A DNA stretch of 64,000 nucleotides from a bacterium (GTDB lineage: Bacteria; Sumerlaeota; Sumerlaeia; SLMS01; JAHLLQ01), in contig JAHLLQ010000010.1 of assembly GCA_020444065.1 (NCBI GenBank), positions 11,677 to 75,676 of the forward strand, in the 5' to 3' direction. Under the pieces are notes generated by a model. That model made no database searches. It was not told the origin of the DNA and saw only the letters and a list, made by a program, of their open reading frames with translations. The translations under genes were made by a program, and so were the position numbers. Positions 43,616 through 54,334 of this stretch are shown piece after piece; the first letter of the stretch is position 1, and every line of letters starts with the position of its first letter.

Positions 43616-46240
43616 TCAGTGGGTCATCCAACCTTCGGCGCCGTGTACGGTGACGACGGGTTCGCAGGGAGAGGCGCCGTTGACAACGACATCGTCGATC
43701 TCCCACGGGCCGTCAGATTCGACGGAGGAGTCAGAGCCCCAACGCCAGGCGAGATGGATCGTCTCGTCGGCGTAGGAGCTCAGGTCGACGGCGACCTTGC
43801 TCATTGATGCATGCGTTCCGGTCCATGCGGACATGCCGCCGATCGGGCTGCCATATTCGGACGGGATCGTGGCGTCGTAGCCGCCGCTCGTGATTTCGGA
43901 TGTGAGCTGGCTCCAACTTGTCCCGCCATTCGTGGAGATCTCGAGAACGCCGCCGTCAAAGCCCTCTTCGAAGTAGTAGCGATGGTAGAATTCGAGCTGT
44001 GTTGCACTGGTAAACGGTCCGGCGACGAGACGAACATCTTCGATTTCAGGTTGCGGGGGATCGAAGCTGACGACGTGTGTGCCGCTGACGGCGGCGGTGC
44101 TTGTGCGAATCGCCCAACGATTCGTGCCTTGCTGCGCACTGGTCGTCCAGGCGTCGAACGTGCCTTCGAAGTCATCTGAGAAGATGCCGGAGCTTGGGTG
44201 TTTGAGAGCAAGCGACTCGACGTTCGAACCGCCGGTGTAGGTGAGGTTCAGGGAGAAGTCGATTTGGTCGCCGCAGGGGCGGTCGGCGCTGACGAAGAAT
44301 TCGAATGGTATAGAGCCATTGGCGGTCGCGCCGTTTGCGAGATCGGGATAGGTGGCGGTGTTTGTTTGCACAGTGATGTTTGGATCGGTCGTGGAGAGAA
44401 CGGCGGTGATATTCTGGGCGGTGGCCTCGGTGCTGAGCAGTTGGATGTTCATGAAGATTTGTTCGCCGGGTTCGATGACGCCGTTGTTGTTTCCTGCGCC
44501 GTCGCTGAAAGCCCAATCGTTAATGACAGGGAGCGGAAGAACATCGCAGTTCGGTCCGGTCGGGATGGTGTAGGTAAGAGTGGCGGTTTCCGAGGCTGAA
44601 ACGATTGCAAGTTGGAGCTTGATGTCGTTGCCGCAGGGGACGGTGCTGTCGACGGAAATGGCGTAGGCCGTGGTGTTTGTGCCATTTGCGCCGGATGCCA
44701 GATCGGGGAACTGGGAACTGGCCTGGTCGACCGTGACCCCAGAAGTCTGCGATGACAGTGTTCCGGAAATCCCCGTGATGGCGGAGGTGCCGGTGTTCTT
44801 GATCGACATGGTCAGGAGGATTCCGCTTTCGCCGCGTTCGATGATGCCATCGCCATCGCCGGCGGAGTCGTCGACGACGGGATCGCCGTTCTTGGCGAAT
44901 GCTCCGGTCCCGAGGCCATCAATGGCCGTCGCGCCGGTGTTTCCGGGATCGAGCCAGTCCTTCAGACGGCTGGTGGAAGAACCGCCGCCTTCCCAAGACT
45001 TGTAAAGGCGTCCATACCAGTCGGAACTGTCATTTCCGCAGGCCGCATATCCGCCGGTGAGGACGGCGACGATGCGGTGGTCGGGATTGAAGAGGGGAGA
45101 TCCGGAGGAGCCGCCTTCGGTGGTGCCAAGATCCCAATCGGTAATGCGAATGTGCGTGCTGTTGGCGTTGACCGTAGTATCGAGATAGTCGGTGATGGTC
45201 GTTTGATCGTTTTCGAAGCTGATGCGCTTCTCTTCAACGCTCGGGTGGTGAATGCCGACGACGGAGGGGGGGGCGACGTCGGTGACATCCCAGCCGGAGC
45301 GGAAGATGTCGTAGGCTTCCGGGATGGGATCATCGAGTTCGAAGAGGCAGAAGTCGGAGGATTCGTAGGAGGCGCGGTAGATGGCGCCGGTGTTGTATTG
45401 CGAGCGGGAGCCGTCGCCGTTGCTGCCGCTGGCCGCGCTGCCGACGGGGCGACAGGTGGAGTTCTCGTAGTTCCAATACACCACGATCGAGGGGGCGTTG
45501 CTGGAATTGATGCCGCAGTGATTTGCCGTCAGGAAGTAGGGAGTGAAATCGTTGGCGGTGTTGTTGACGGCTGCGCCGGAGCAGGTATCGATGCCCTGGA
45601 TGGTGTAGGCGCCGACGGAGCTGATCTGGTCGCGCCAGCCGTCGCCTTCGGGGCAGATGACGTCGACGTTACAGGATCCGGAGCGAAGCCCAAGTGCATC
45701 GGCCGGCGTGCGGAAGCCGTGACTGACTTGGGCGACTTCGAGTTGGAGAGCCTTCTCGGCCTTTGCAGGGAGGTTGACTTCGATGACGAGTTCTTCGCCG
45801 TCGACGATCGGGGTCCAGAGCTGCCTGTGCTTCTCGTTATCGGCGGCGGTGAAGGGGCCGTAGATTTCTTTGCCGTCGGGCGAGTAGATGTAGAGCTCGC
45901 CGCCTGCGGGCATGAAGTACGGGATGAATCCAATGTTCAGGTTTTGTGCGTCGGTGGAAAAGATGCGGGCACGCCAGAGACGCGACCCATCGCCGAGCGT
46001 TTCCCAGGTTCCGTCGGACTTGGCGTCGATCGCTGTGCCGATGGGTTCGGCAAAACGAAACGGCCCCATGCCGGTGTCAGGGGCCGCTTTGAGCAATGCG
46101 GCGTTGTTCTGTGTTGGCATGACGAAGGTCTCGACGGTGTCGAGGGGCGCTGCGCCTTTGATTTGCGAAGGCAGAGATGCTGCCGATGCCGAGGATGCCA
46201 GTATAAGAATGACGGCGAGGAATCGTAGTACGTTCTTCAT
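43616..46240 (-). CDS. Secreted trypsin-like serine protease (S1, lysyl-endopeptidase-like) with C-terminal repeated beta-sandwich domains
   Basis: Signal peptide MKNVLRFLAVILILASSASA. His motif TANHC and Ser motif GGSSGSPLF. C-terminal repeats. Start at ATG 46240. Confidence 0.6.
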   Translation of the reverse strand: MKNVLRFLAVILILASSASAASLPSQIKGAAPLDTVETFVMPTQNNAALLKAAPDTGMGPFRFAEPIGTAIDAKSDGTWETLGDGSRLWRARIFSTDAQNLNIGFIPYFMPAGGELYIYSPDGKEIYGPFTAADNEKHRQLWTPIVDGEELVIEVNLPAKAEKALQLEVAQVSHGFRTPADALGLRSGSCNVDVICPEGDGWRDQISSVGAYTIQGIDTCSGAAVNNTANDFTPYFLTANHCGINSSNAPSIVVYWNYENSTCRPVGSAASGSNGDGSRSQYNTGAIYRASYESSDFCLFELDDPIPEAYDIFRSGWDVTDVAPPSVVGIHHPSVEEKRISFENDQTTITDYLDTTVNANSTHIRITDWDLGTTEGGSSGSPLFNPDHRIVAVLTGGYAACGNDSSDWYGRLYKSWEGGGSSTSRLKDWLDPGNTGATAIDGLGTGAFAKNGDPVVDDSAGDGDGIIERGESGILLTMSIKNTGTSAITGISGTLSSQTSGVTVDQASSQFPDLASGANGTNTTAYAISVDSTVPCGNDIKLQLAIVSASETATLTYTIPTGPNCDVLPLPVINDWAFSDGAGNNNGVIEPGEQIFMNIQLLSTEATAQNITAVLSTTDPNITVQTNTATYPDLANGATANGSIPFEFFVSADRPCGDQIDFSLNLTYTGGSNVESLALKHPSSGIFSDDFEGTFDAWTTSAQQGTNRWAIRTSTAAVSGTHVVSFDPPQPEIEDVRLVAGPFTSATQLEFYHRYYFEEGFDGGVLEISTNGGTSWSQLTSEITSGGYDATIPSEYGSPIGGMSAWTGTHASMSKVAVDLSSYADETIHLAWRWGSDSSVESDGPWEIDDVVVNGASPCEPVVTVHGAEGWMTH

Positions 46241-46460
46241 TTCCCACTCCCGATAGTGAATAGCCAGCCTGCAATAGGACACAGTCTTCGTGTGTCGGAC
46301 GGCGGTCAATAACGAAGATGGACGACGGGAAATGTTCTTGTCGGGCCAAGAAGGTAACGATAGCACTCTGTGGAAAGACCGATTCAAATTGGACCGATAA
46401 CAGTTGACGCGCACAAATGGTAACGATAACTCTCGGGGCAACATTTTGTGAGAGATTCCC

Positions 46461-49400
46461 ATGACGCTATTTCGACTTGTTTCATCCGCTTTCCTGGCGT
46501 TGGCGCTCGCAGCCTCGGCCCAGGCAGAATCCATCAATGTGAATTTCACAGGAAACGGAGGAGCGACGGTTTCGGGAACAGCGGGGGTAATCCCGGCGGC
46601 GAATTGGAACAACGTGGGCGGCACGACCGGGACGCAGTCGGGGTTGCTGGATAGCGCTGGCGCGACGACCGGCGCCGCTGTGGATTGGCAGGCTCAAGCA
46701 TCGTGGTTCAGTGGCCACGGCGATCCATCGGAGAATGGGAAGCTGCTCGACGGGTATTTGGCAGTGCAGACGGATGCCTACGATTACGATGTGACCGTGA
46801 CGGGTATTCCTTATTCTTCTTATGATGTGTACGCGTACTTCGGGAATAACTCGGCGGGTGCGGACGGTGTTGTTCGCATCAATGGGAGCGGGACGCAGTT
46901 CTTCTATCAGACGGTGGGCGCTTCGTTTCCCGGGTTTGTGGAAGTGACGGAACGCACGAGCGATTCGCCGCAGACGGGGAACTTTGTGCTGTTCGAAAAT
47001 GTTGTGGGAGCGACGCTGACGATTCAGCAGGCGAACTACAACCTCGGACAGGACAGTGGCTTGATGGGTTTCCAGGTTGTCGATTCGGGCGCACCGGATC
47101 CGACGCTGACAGTGGACGCGTCCAGCTTTCTCACCAACGAAACATTGAATGTGCATTTCGCGTACGGGCCGGGCGGTGCGGACAATAACGTGGTGGCGGT
47201 TCCGCACGGCAGTGCGGCTTCGGCGACGCCGAACTTCCGTTACTACGTTGGGGGCGGGACATCGCCTTCAACGGGCGAGGTGTCGGGGACGTTGCCGTTG
47301 GCGAATGCCGGCGGATTGGGGCTTGGGTGGTATGATCTGTATTTTCTGAGCGATGCTGCGGGGTCTTCGATTCTGGCGGGGCCGGTGACGATCTTCGTGT
47401 CACCGCCAGACCCCGTCGTTGTGTCTGTGGGTCCGGCGGGTTCGTATGCGAGCACGGTGCCGAGCCATGAAGGAAGCGGGCCGATGGAGATGCTGTACGA
47501 GCGCGAGATCTACGTGACGCCCGATCGGCTGGGGGATCCGATTCCGACGAACGATTGGTGGACCGATCTGATTGGTTCCCAGTACGCCGGCCAGATGTGG
47601 GCGTATCCCCTCGTCGTGTCTGCCGACGCGGGCGGGGTGAATGTCTATTCGCCGCGCACATGGGACGGCGGCGGCGCGTGGATGAACGTCGACAGCCCGA
47701 TCCAGATCCATGGCGAGGTGGTCCCGGATCCGGATCCCTCGTTTGTACTCATCGCAGACTTCGAGGATGCAACGTATCCCATAGATTGGACGACGACCGG
47801 AACGGCTTTTGGAAGCGGCCCGGCAACAGGAGCGTTGGCGGGGCAATCGGCGGTCAGCGGTTGGACAGGGAACGGTTTCGTGAACAGCTTCAACGGCGGC
47901 GATGTGTCTATGGGCGCGTTGATTTCGCCGGATTTCACGATTCAGAGCGATTACATTCACTTCCAGATCGGCGGCGGGAATCATCCGGACTTGGCGGCCG
48001 TGCAATTGGTCGTTGGCGGTTCGGTAGTGCGTTCGAGTACCGGTGCGGATTCAGAGAACCTGACGTGGGATTATTGGGACGTGTCTGCGCTGGCGGGTCA
48101 GACGGCTCATATCGAGATCATCGATTTTGTCAGTGGCGGTTGGGGGCACATCCTGGCCGATACGATTTTCCAGAGCGACGATCTGAATGCGCCGACATCG
48201 ACGGGGACGACTTTCACGGCGGCGGATGCGCGAGCGGCGGATTGGGGCGACTGGACGGTGACGGCGCGTGTAGCGCAGACGGAGACGAAGTACATCGATG
48301 TGACGTTCGGTCACGGGCTGCCATACACATGGCTGGAGTTTGAAGACGTCGATCCGATTCTCGTGGTGGACAACGCGACGACGTTCTTCGACCTCGGTGG
48401 CTCGACGGTTTCGATGCCCACGACGACGGATTACGTCGGGATCGATTTCAATGGTAAGCCGTGGGGCTTGTTCCTGCCGGACAATACGATGATCGATTAT
48501 AGCGGGACGGAGATAACGCTGACATTCGCCGGTGCAGAAACGTGGGCGGTGCTGGCGGCGTTGCCCGTGGCAGCGGACCTCGCGGCCTTCTATGCAACGG
48601 CATTTGCGAAGCCGGTCGATAGCGTCTACTCGTGGACGTACGATCCGACGCAGGGAACGGTGACGACGAATTGGGAGTTAATGACGTCGCCGCTGAAGGG
48701 TTCTGGGACGGACCTGATCCAGGGCTGGATTCCGCATCACTATCGCGTGACGACGCGGGACTTCGCCTTCAACGGGCTGGAGTACGATACGCCGCGCGGA
48801 CGAATGCAGTGCGCGACGGGTCGGCAGTTCGAGATCGTTTACCCGTTCAATGGCATTCTGCCACACATTCCGCAGCCACAAATCAGTGGCCTGGCGAACG
48901 ACTACCTTGCGTCGCGAATGAACAACTATATCAGCGACTATGCGGGCGTGACAAACTACGGTGCGGAGACGTATTTTGGGGGGAAGGACATGCTGCGGTT
49001 TGCGCGTTATCTGTCGATGGCGCACTCGACAGGGCACGCGGCCGAGTCGACGTTGGAGGCCACTCTGCGAGGTGCGCTGGAGGATTGGCTGACTTACACT
49101 CCTGGCGAAACCGAGCACTACTACGCGTATTACCCGAATTGGAAAGCGCTGGTCGGGTTCAACGAGAGCTTCGGTTCTTCGGCCTTCACGGATCATCATT
49201 TCCACTATGGATACCTGACGCATTCGGCGGCGATTCTCGGGCTGTTGGATCCATCGTTCCTGACGGACTACGGCGAGATGGCGTCCCTTGTGGCGAAGGA
49301 GTATGCGAATTGGGATCGAGCGGATACGCGTTTCCCGTTCCTGCGTACGTACGATATCTGGGCGGGGCATTCATACGCGGGCGGATTGTCCGGGCCGACG

Positions 49401-50204
49401 GGGAACAATCAGGAGTCGAGTTCCGAAGCGATCAACTCGTGGGTGGGTGTTTTCCTGCTTGGCGAAGCGATGGGCGATGCGGATATGGCGGCTGCCGGGG
49501 CGATGGGATTCGCGATCGAGAGCCGCGCTGTGCAGGAGTATTGGCTCGACATGTACGGGACGAACTGGCCGGCGGCTTACGACAAGTCGGTGGTGGGGAT
49601 TCTCTTCGATGGCGGAAACGCGTTCGCGACGTACTTCAGCGGCGATCCTGCTTGGATTCACGGCATCCAGTGGATTCCGAGCTCGCCGACGTTCCTGGCG
49701 TACCTGGTGGAAGATCCGACATACGCAGCGCAGCACTACACGGACATGATGGCGGAGCGTGTGGACTTTGGTGAGTCGGCGACGATTGCCGGCATGGGTT
49801 CGAGCTTGGGGAACCTGGTGCTTGGTTACCTGCTGATGTTCGATGCGGACCAAGCCGCGGCGGAGTTGGATAGCTTGTATGCCGCGAACGATCCGGTGGC
49901 GACGGATGTGTTCACCGGTGGGCGTTCGTACTACTACACGCACTCTATGCGCACATTGGGTGCGTATCAGTTCGACTATCACATGAGTCTGCCGATGGGC
50001 GCGGTGTTCCACAACGATACGACGGCCACAACGACGTACTTGGCGTGGAATCCGACTGGGACAACCCAACAGGTTGAGGTCTTCCAAAGTGGGTCCAGTG
50101 TGGGGTGCTTCACCGCCGGTCCGGGGGAACTGACCGCGGTGACATCGCTCGATCCGACCTGCACAGGCGCCCAGGTGGGAGAGTGGCGGGTGCTGAACGA
50201 CTAG
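46461..50204 (+). CDS. Secreted GH81-family endo-beta-1,3-glucanase with N-terminal accessory domains (incl. LamG/ConA-like)
   Basis: Signal peptide. DHHFHYGYLTHSAAIL and NQESSSEAINSW blocks characteristic of GH81. Confidence 0.7.
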   Translation: MTLFRLVSSAFLALALAASAQAESINVNFTGNGGATVSGTAGVIPAANWNNVGGTTGTQSGLLDSAGATTGAAVDWQAQASWFSGHGDPSENGKLLDGYLAVQTDAYDYDVTVTGIPYSSYDVYAYFGNNSAGADGVVRINGSGTQFFYQTVGASFPGFVEVTERTSDSPQTGNFVLFENVVGATLTIQQANYNLGQDSGLMGFQVVDSGAPDPTLTVDASSFLTNETLNVHFAYGPGGADNNVVAVPHGSAASATPNFRYYVGGGTSPSTGEVSGTLPLANAGGLGLGWYDLYFLSDAAGSSILAGPVTIFVSPPDPVVVSVGPAGSYASTVPSHEGSGPMEMLYEREIYVTPDRLGDPIPTNDWWTDLIGSQYAGQMWAYPLVVSADAGGVNVYSPRTWDGGGAWMNVDSPIQIHGEVVPDPDPSFVLIADFEDATYPIDWTTTGTAFGSGPATGALAGQSAVSGWTGNGFVNSFNGGDVSMGALISPDFTIQSDYIHFQIGGGNHPDLAAVQLVVGGSVVRSSTGADSENLTWDYWDVSALAGQTAHIEIIDFVSGGWGHILADTIFQSDDLNAPTSTGTTFTAADARAADWGDWTVTARVAQTETKYIDVTFGHGLPYTWLEFEDVDPILVVDNATTFFDLGGSTVSMPTTTDYVGIDFNGKPWGLFLPDNTMIDYSGTEITLTFAGAETWAVLAALPVAADLAAFYATAFAKPVDSVYSWTYDPTQGTVTTNWELMTSPLKGSGTDLIQGWIPHHYRVTTRDFAFNGLEYDTPRGRMQCATGRQFEIVYPFNGILPHIPQPQISGLANDYLASRMNNYISDYAGVTNYGAETYFGGKDMLRFARYLSMAHSTGHAAESTLEATLRGALEDWLTYTPGETEHYYAYYPNWKALVGFNESFGSSAFTDHHFHYGYLTHSAAILGLLDPSFLTDYGEMASLVAKEYANWDRADTRFPFLRTYDIWAGHSYAGGLSGPTGNNQESSSEAINSWVGVFLLGEAMGDADMAAAGAMGFAIESRAVQEYWLDMYGTNWPAAYDKSVVGILFDGGNAFATYFSGDPAWIHGIQWIPSSPTFLAYLVEDPTYAAQHYTDMMAERVDFGESATIAGMGSSLGNLVLGYLLMFDADQAAAELDSLYAANDPVATDVFTGGRSYYYTHSMRTLGAYQFDYHMSLPMGAVFHNDTTATTTYLAWNPTGTTQQVEVFQSGSSVGCFTAGPGELTAVTSLDPTCTGAQVGEWRVLND

Positions 50205-50391
50205 GCACCCGCCACGCTTATCTTTCTTTTACAGTCTTACACGACAGCGCACCTTTGGGTGCAATGATGACAGATTTTCGCGTGCCGATGCCATAGGTTC
50301 GGGCGAAAACGCTTTGCGCCGTGGGTCCGGGGCGGCAGGGTACCGGGTATCGGCATCCTGTGCCGGCAGTCCTTGCAATGAGGCAGGTACC

Positions 50392-53300
50392 TATGAAGTT
50401 CCGCGCAATCACCACACTGATTCTGGGAGTTCTGGCGATGGCAGCTGGTACGGGTTGGGCACAAGACGTTCCGAAACCGAACTGGATCGAGCCGGGGAAG
50501 ATCGTGATCGGGAATGCACGATTCACGGCGATCACTCCGGAGTGCGTTCGGATGGAGTACGCGCCGGATGGTGGGTTCATCGATGCGCCTTCGCTGTTCG
50601 CGGTGAATCGCAATGCCATCTACAAGAACATGCAGAAGGAATCCGTGAGTCCGGATGGCGAGGTGGTGCTGGCGCTTGGGAAGATGCGGATCTTCTATCG
50701 CCCGGCAGGGGAGGGGTTCACGGCGGAGAACCTGCGCATCGAGATGAAGCGCGGCGACGATGTTGTTGTGTGGAAGCCGGGCGATAAGCAGCGGCTGAAC
50801 CTGGGTGGGACGATTCATACGCTCGACCAGGTGAAGGGGCCGGTTGATCTGGGCGAAGGCCTGTTGTCGCGCGATGGATGGTACCTGATCGACGATTCGA
50901 GGACGCAGCTCTTCACGAAGACGTGGGTGGAGTCGCGCCCGAAAGACGCGGGCACGGACTGGTATTTCTTCGGATACGGCGAAGACTACAAGGGGGCGTT
51001 CGAGGCCTTTACGGCGATCGGGGGCCGTGTGCCGATGCCGCGCAAGTATGTGCTGGGGAGCTGGTATTCGCGCTGGTGGGAATACAGCAGCGACGATTAC
51101 AAGCAGATCGTCCGTGAGTACGATAAGCATGATTTCCCGCTCGATATCATGGTGATGGATATGGAGTGGCACAAGGACGGGTGGACGGGCTGGTCGTGGA
51201 ACCGTGAGCTGATTCCGGATCCGGCAGGTCTGCTGAATTGGTTCCACGACGAGGGGCTGGCGGTGACGTTGAATGTTCATCCGCACGATGGCGTGAAGCC
51301 GCATGAGGATATGTACGAGGACTTCATGCGCGACATGGGGGCGGACCCGGAGACCGATGAGCCGATCCCGTTCGATGCCTCGAATGAGAAGTACATGCGG
51401 ACGCTGTTCAAACACACGCACGATCCGCACGAGAAGATCGGCGTAGATTTCTGGTGGTTGGATTGGCAGCAGGACGAGTACACGCGCGGAATGCCGGATC
51501 TGCTGAATTTGACGTGGCTGAATCTGATTTACTTCCAGCAGTCGAAGAAGGACGGCGAGCGCGGTTTGCAGTTCAGCCGTTGGGGCACGTGGGGCGATCA
51601 TCGGCATCCAATTCACTTCAGCGGCGATGCGGACACGGGATTCCTGATGCTGGGGTTCGAGGTTCCGTTTACGTCGACGGCGGGGAACGTGGGGTGTTTC
51701 TTCTGGTCGCACGACATCGGCGGGCACTTCGGCGAGCGTAACGAGGAGCCGTACACGCGCTGGGTGCAGTTTGCGGCGACGTCCGCGGCGATGCGGTTGC
51801 ATTCGGGAATTATTGAGTACTTGGATCGGCGTCCTTGGAAGTGGGAACCGCAATCGACGGAATCGATGCGGCGCGCGTTCCATCTGCGTTCGGAGCTGAT
51901 GCCGTACATCTATAGCAGCGTCTGGGAGTGCTATAAGGAGTCGTTGCCGCTGACGCGGCCCATGTACATCGAGTATCCGGACCTGGAGATCGCATACCGC
52001 AGCCCTCAGGAGTTCCTGCTGGGCGATGCGTTGCTGGCGGCGCCGATTGCATCGTACGGTTCGGGGCCGGGCAAGGTCGCAAGCCAGTTGGTGTGGTTCC
52101 CGAAAGGCACGTGGTACAACGTTTTCACGAACGAGAAATTCGACGGGAATTCGCAGCGCCTGGTGTGCGCGGATATCGACGAGTTTCCGCTGTATGCGCG
52201 CGGGGGCGTGCCGATTCCGATGCAGCCGTACACCCCGCGGATGGCGACGACTCCGTTAGACGAGTTGGTCGTGCGCGCGTGGCCGGGTGAGAAGGGCACG
52301 TTTATTCTGTACGAGGACGACGGCGTATCGCAGGGCTACGAGAAGGGCGAGTATGCGCTGACGGAGCTTTCGTACGCACGGACCGGCAAGTCGACAACCG
52401 TGACGATCGCGCCGGCGGCAGGGAGTTTCAAGGATCAGCCGGAGAAGCGTTCGTATCGCATCGAGTTGCCCGGTCTGCAGAAGCCGACCAAAGTGATGGT
52501 GGGCGATACGGCGGTGAAGGCGGATTACAATGCGACTTCCGGTACCGTGGTGGTTTCTGTGCCGGAGCATCCGATTCGGGAGCGTGTCGTGGTTTCGGTC
52601 GAGGCGGACTTGCTGGATCCGGCCGTTTATGCGAAGCGGGCATTGGATCGGCGCGTGGAAGGTGTGCTGGGCAAGCCCGGCGATTTGAAGACGGCGCTGT
52701 TGGAAACGAAAGACCCGCAGCTTGTGCGCGGGTTGATGGCGCTGGCGGGCGTCGGCATTGTGGAGAATCCGACGGCGTATCCGAAGCCGGAAGTGATCGA
52801 GCGACTCGTGAAGAACGACGACGCCTTGATTGATGCGGAGAAGTTCGTGGTCTCCTACGAGACGCACATCGCCGGCACCGACGATGTCGTGCAGGAGAAG
52901 CGCCGCACGGTTCGGCCGATCGGCGCGGTGACGGAGTTCAATCCGCCGTCGCTGGATGCGATGCAGCCGCCGCTATTCAAGAAGACAGTGGATTCGCGGA
53001 TGCTGAAATGTGAATTCGAGGGCAAGGAAATCGCCGGAGCACTGACGCTCGGCAGCCGCGAGAGTCTGATTCGCGAGTGGCATTACCTGGCGCCGCTGCC
53101 GTACGACGAGGACAAGGCGCTGGAGGATCAGGTTTATCCTCCGGAGGAGAAGCCGTTCCTGACAGATCCGACGGCGACGCACGAGGAGTACTCGATCGAG
53201 TGGAAGCCGATCGTTGCGAACGATCGCGGCATGGTGGAACTGCACGTGGCGATGCCGAAGGTCGAGGACAAGATCGCCTATGCGTACACGACGATCGAGA

Positions 53301-53542
53301 TGGATGAGGCGTCGACGGGTGTGCTCGGGTTCCGCAGCGACGATGGGATCGAGGCGTGGCTGAACGGCGAGCGGATTCACTATCACGACGTCCATCGCGG
53401 CGCGGGTCACGAGTGGGAACTGGTGCCGGTGACGCTGAAGGAAGGCGCGAATGTGCTGCTGCTGAAGATCAGCCAGGGGAATGGGAATTGGGAGTTCAGT
53501 GTGCTGACGAAGGGAAGTGAAGAGAGAGTGGCTAGTGATTAG
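50392..53542 (+). CDS. Secreted GH31-family alpha-glycosidase (alpha-glucosidase/alpha-xylosidase-like) with C-terminal beta-sandwich domains
   Basis: Signal peptide. GVDFWWLDWQQ (nucleophile region) and FWSHDIGGH (acid/base region). Confidence 0.8.
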
Positions 53543-53577
53543 TGGCTAGTGGTGAGTGGCGAGTGATTAGTGGCGAT
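53524..53577. repeat. Heptanucleotide tandem repeat (GTGGCTA GTGATTA GTGGCTA GTGGTGA GTGGCGA GTGATTA GTGGCGA) overlapping GH31 stop
   Basis: Read directly; 7 units. Confidence 0.85.
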
Positions 53578-53619
53578 CCGCCTTCGCCAAGGCTTCGGCG
53601 GACTTGCGGTGGCCAGTTG

Positions 53620-53690
53620 GTGTGTTGGGCGCAGGACGAGGTTTGTGGGAACGCTCTTGGACAAGGATGTCCAAGTCACCTCGAGGGAGA
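53620..53690. repeat. Partial copy of structured repeat family: hairpin TTGGACA-agga-TGTCCAA + GTCACCTCGAGG
   Basis: cgctcTTGGACAaggaTGTCCAAgtcacctcgaggg; stem differs from other copies by compensatory changes. Confidence 0.75.
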
Positions 53691-53697
53691 GAAAGAA

Positions 53698-53733
53698 GTG
53701 GCGAGTGGCGAGTGGCTAGTGGCGAGTAGGGAG
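53698..53733. repeat. Heptanucleotide tandem repeat (GTGGCGA x2, GTGGCTA, GTGGCGA)
   Basis: aaGTGGCGAGTGGCGAGTGGCTAGTGGCGAGtaggg. Confidence 0.85.
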
Positions 53734-53781
53734 AGGGCCTGTCGTCGCGCTATCTTTTGGTCCCGTTTGTCCTCTTGAGTC

Positions 53782-54168
53782 CTAGACAACGCCGCCGCCG
53801 GGGGAGTCTTCGTCTCGGATGAGGAGGAGGATGGCGGACTGGGAGACGACGAGGAAGTCTTCATCCTGGTAGCGGACTTCGACGGCTTCTTTGCGGAGGA
53901 AGAGGGCGTAGTCGCCGACTTCAGCCTGGACGGGGATGTAGCGAACGGGTGAGTCGCGGCGTTCCTGCCAGGGCTCTGAGGATTCGCTGGAGAAGTTGGG
54001 CATGGCGATGCCGGGACCAGTTTCAACGATGCGGCCGGACTGGACGGGCTCTTTGTCGATGACGCTCTGGGGCAGGTAGAGACCGACCTTGGTGCGTTCG
54101 GTGCCGGTGTCGGGTTTGATGAGCAGGCGGTCGCCAACCATCAGGATGTGTTTGTTTCCGATTTGCAT
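53782..54168 (-). CDS. GroES/Cpn10-family co-chaperonin-like protein with internal insertion (orphan, no groEL adjacent)
   Basis: HILMVGDRLLIKPDTGTERTKVGLYLPQSVIDKEPVQSGRIVETGPG matches the Cpn10 core. Extra ~30 aa before the C-terminal strand. Confidence 0.55.
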   Translation of the reverse strand: MQIGNKHILMVGDRLLIKPDTGTERTKVGLYLPQSVIDKEPVQSGRIVETGPGIAMPNFSSESSEPWQERRDSPVRYIPVQAEVGDYALFLRKEAVEVRYQDEDFLVVSQSAILLLIRDEDSPGGGVV

Positions 54169-54263
54169 GATCCCCGCAGATTCCATTCAAGCTGGCAGGA
54201 TGTAGCCCTGAGGGCGCGGGTGCCGTCAAGAGGGACGCGCGTGGATGCCGTGCGGGATAGACG

Positions 54264-54334
54264 CGCAAGCGCTTGAATAGAGATGCTCAATAGAGCGTGA
54301 ATGCGGTTGACAATTGCAATCAAAGCGCTTACGC
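54264..54334. promoter_or_regulatory. Two weaker LacI-type operator-like palindromes (cgCAAGCGCTTGaat; atCAAAGCGCTTACgc) upstream of or overlapping the annotated 5' end of paralog C
   Basis: Both share the AAGCGCTT core of the 41885/41985/42431 sites. Confidence 0.4.
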
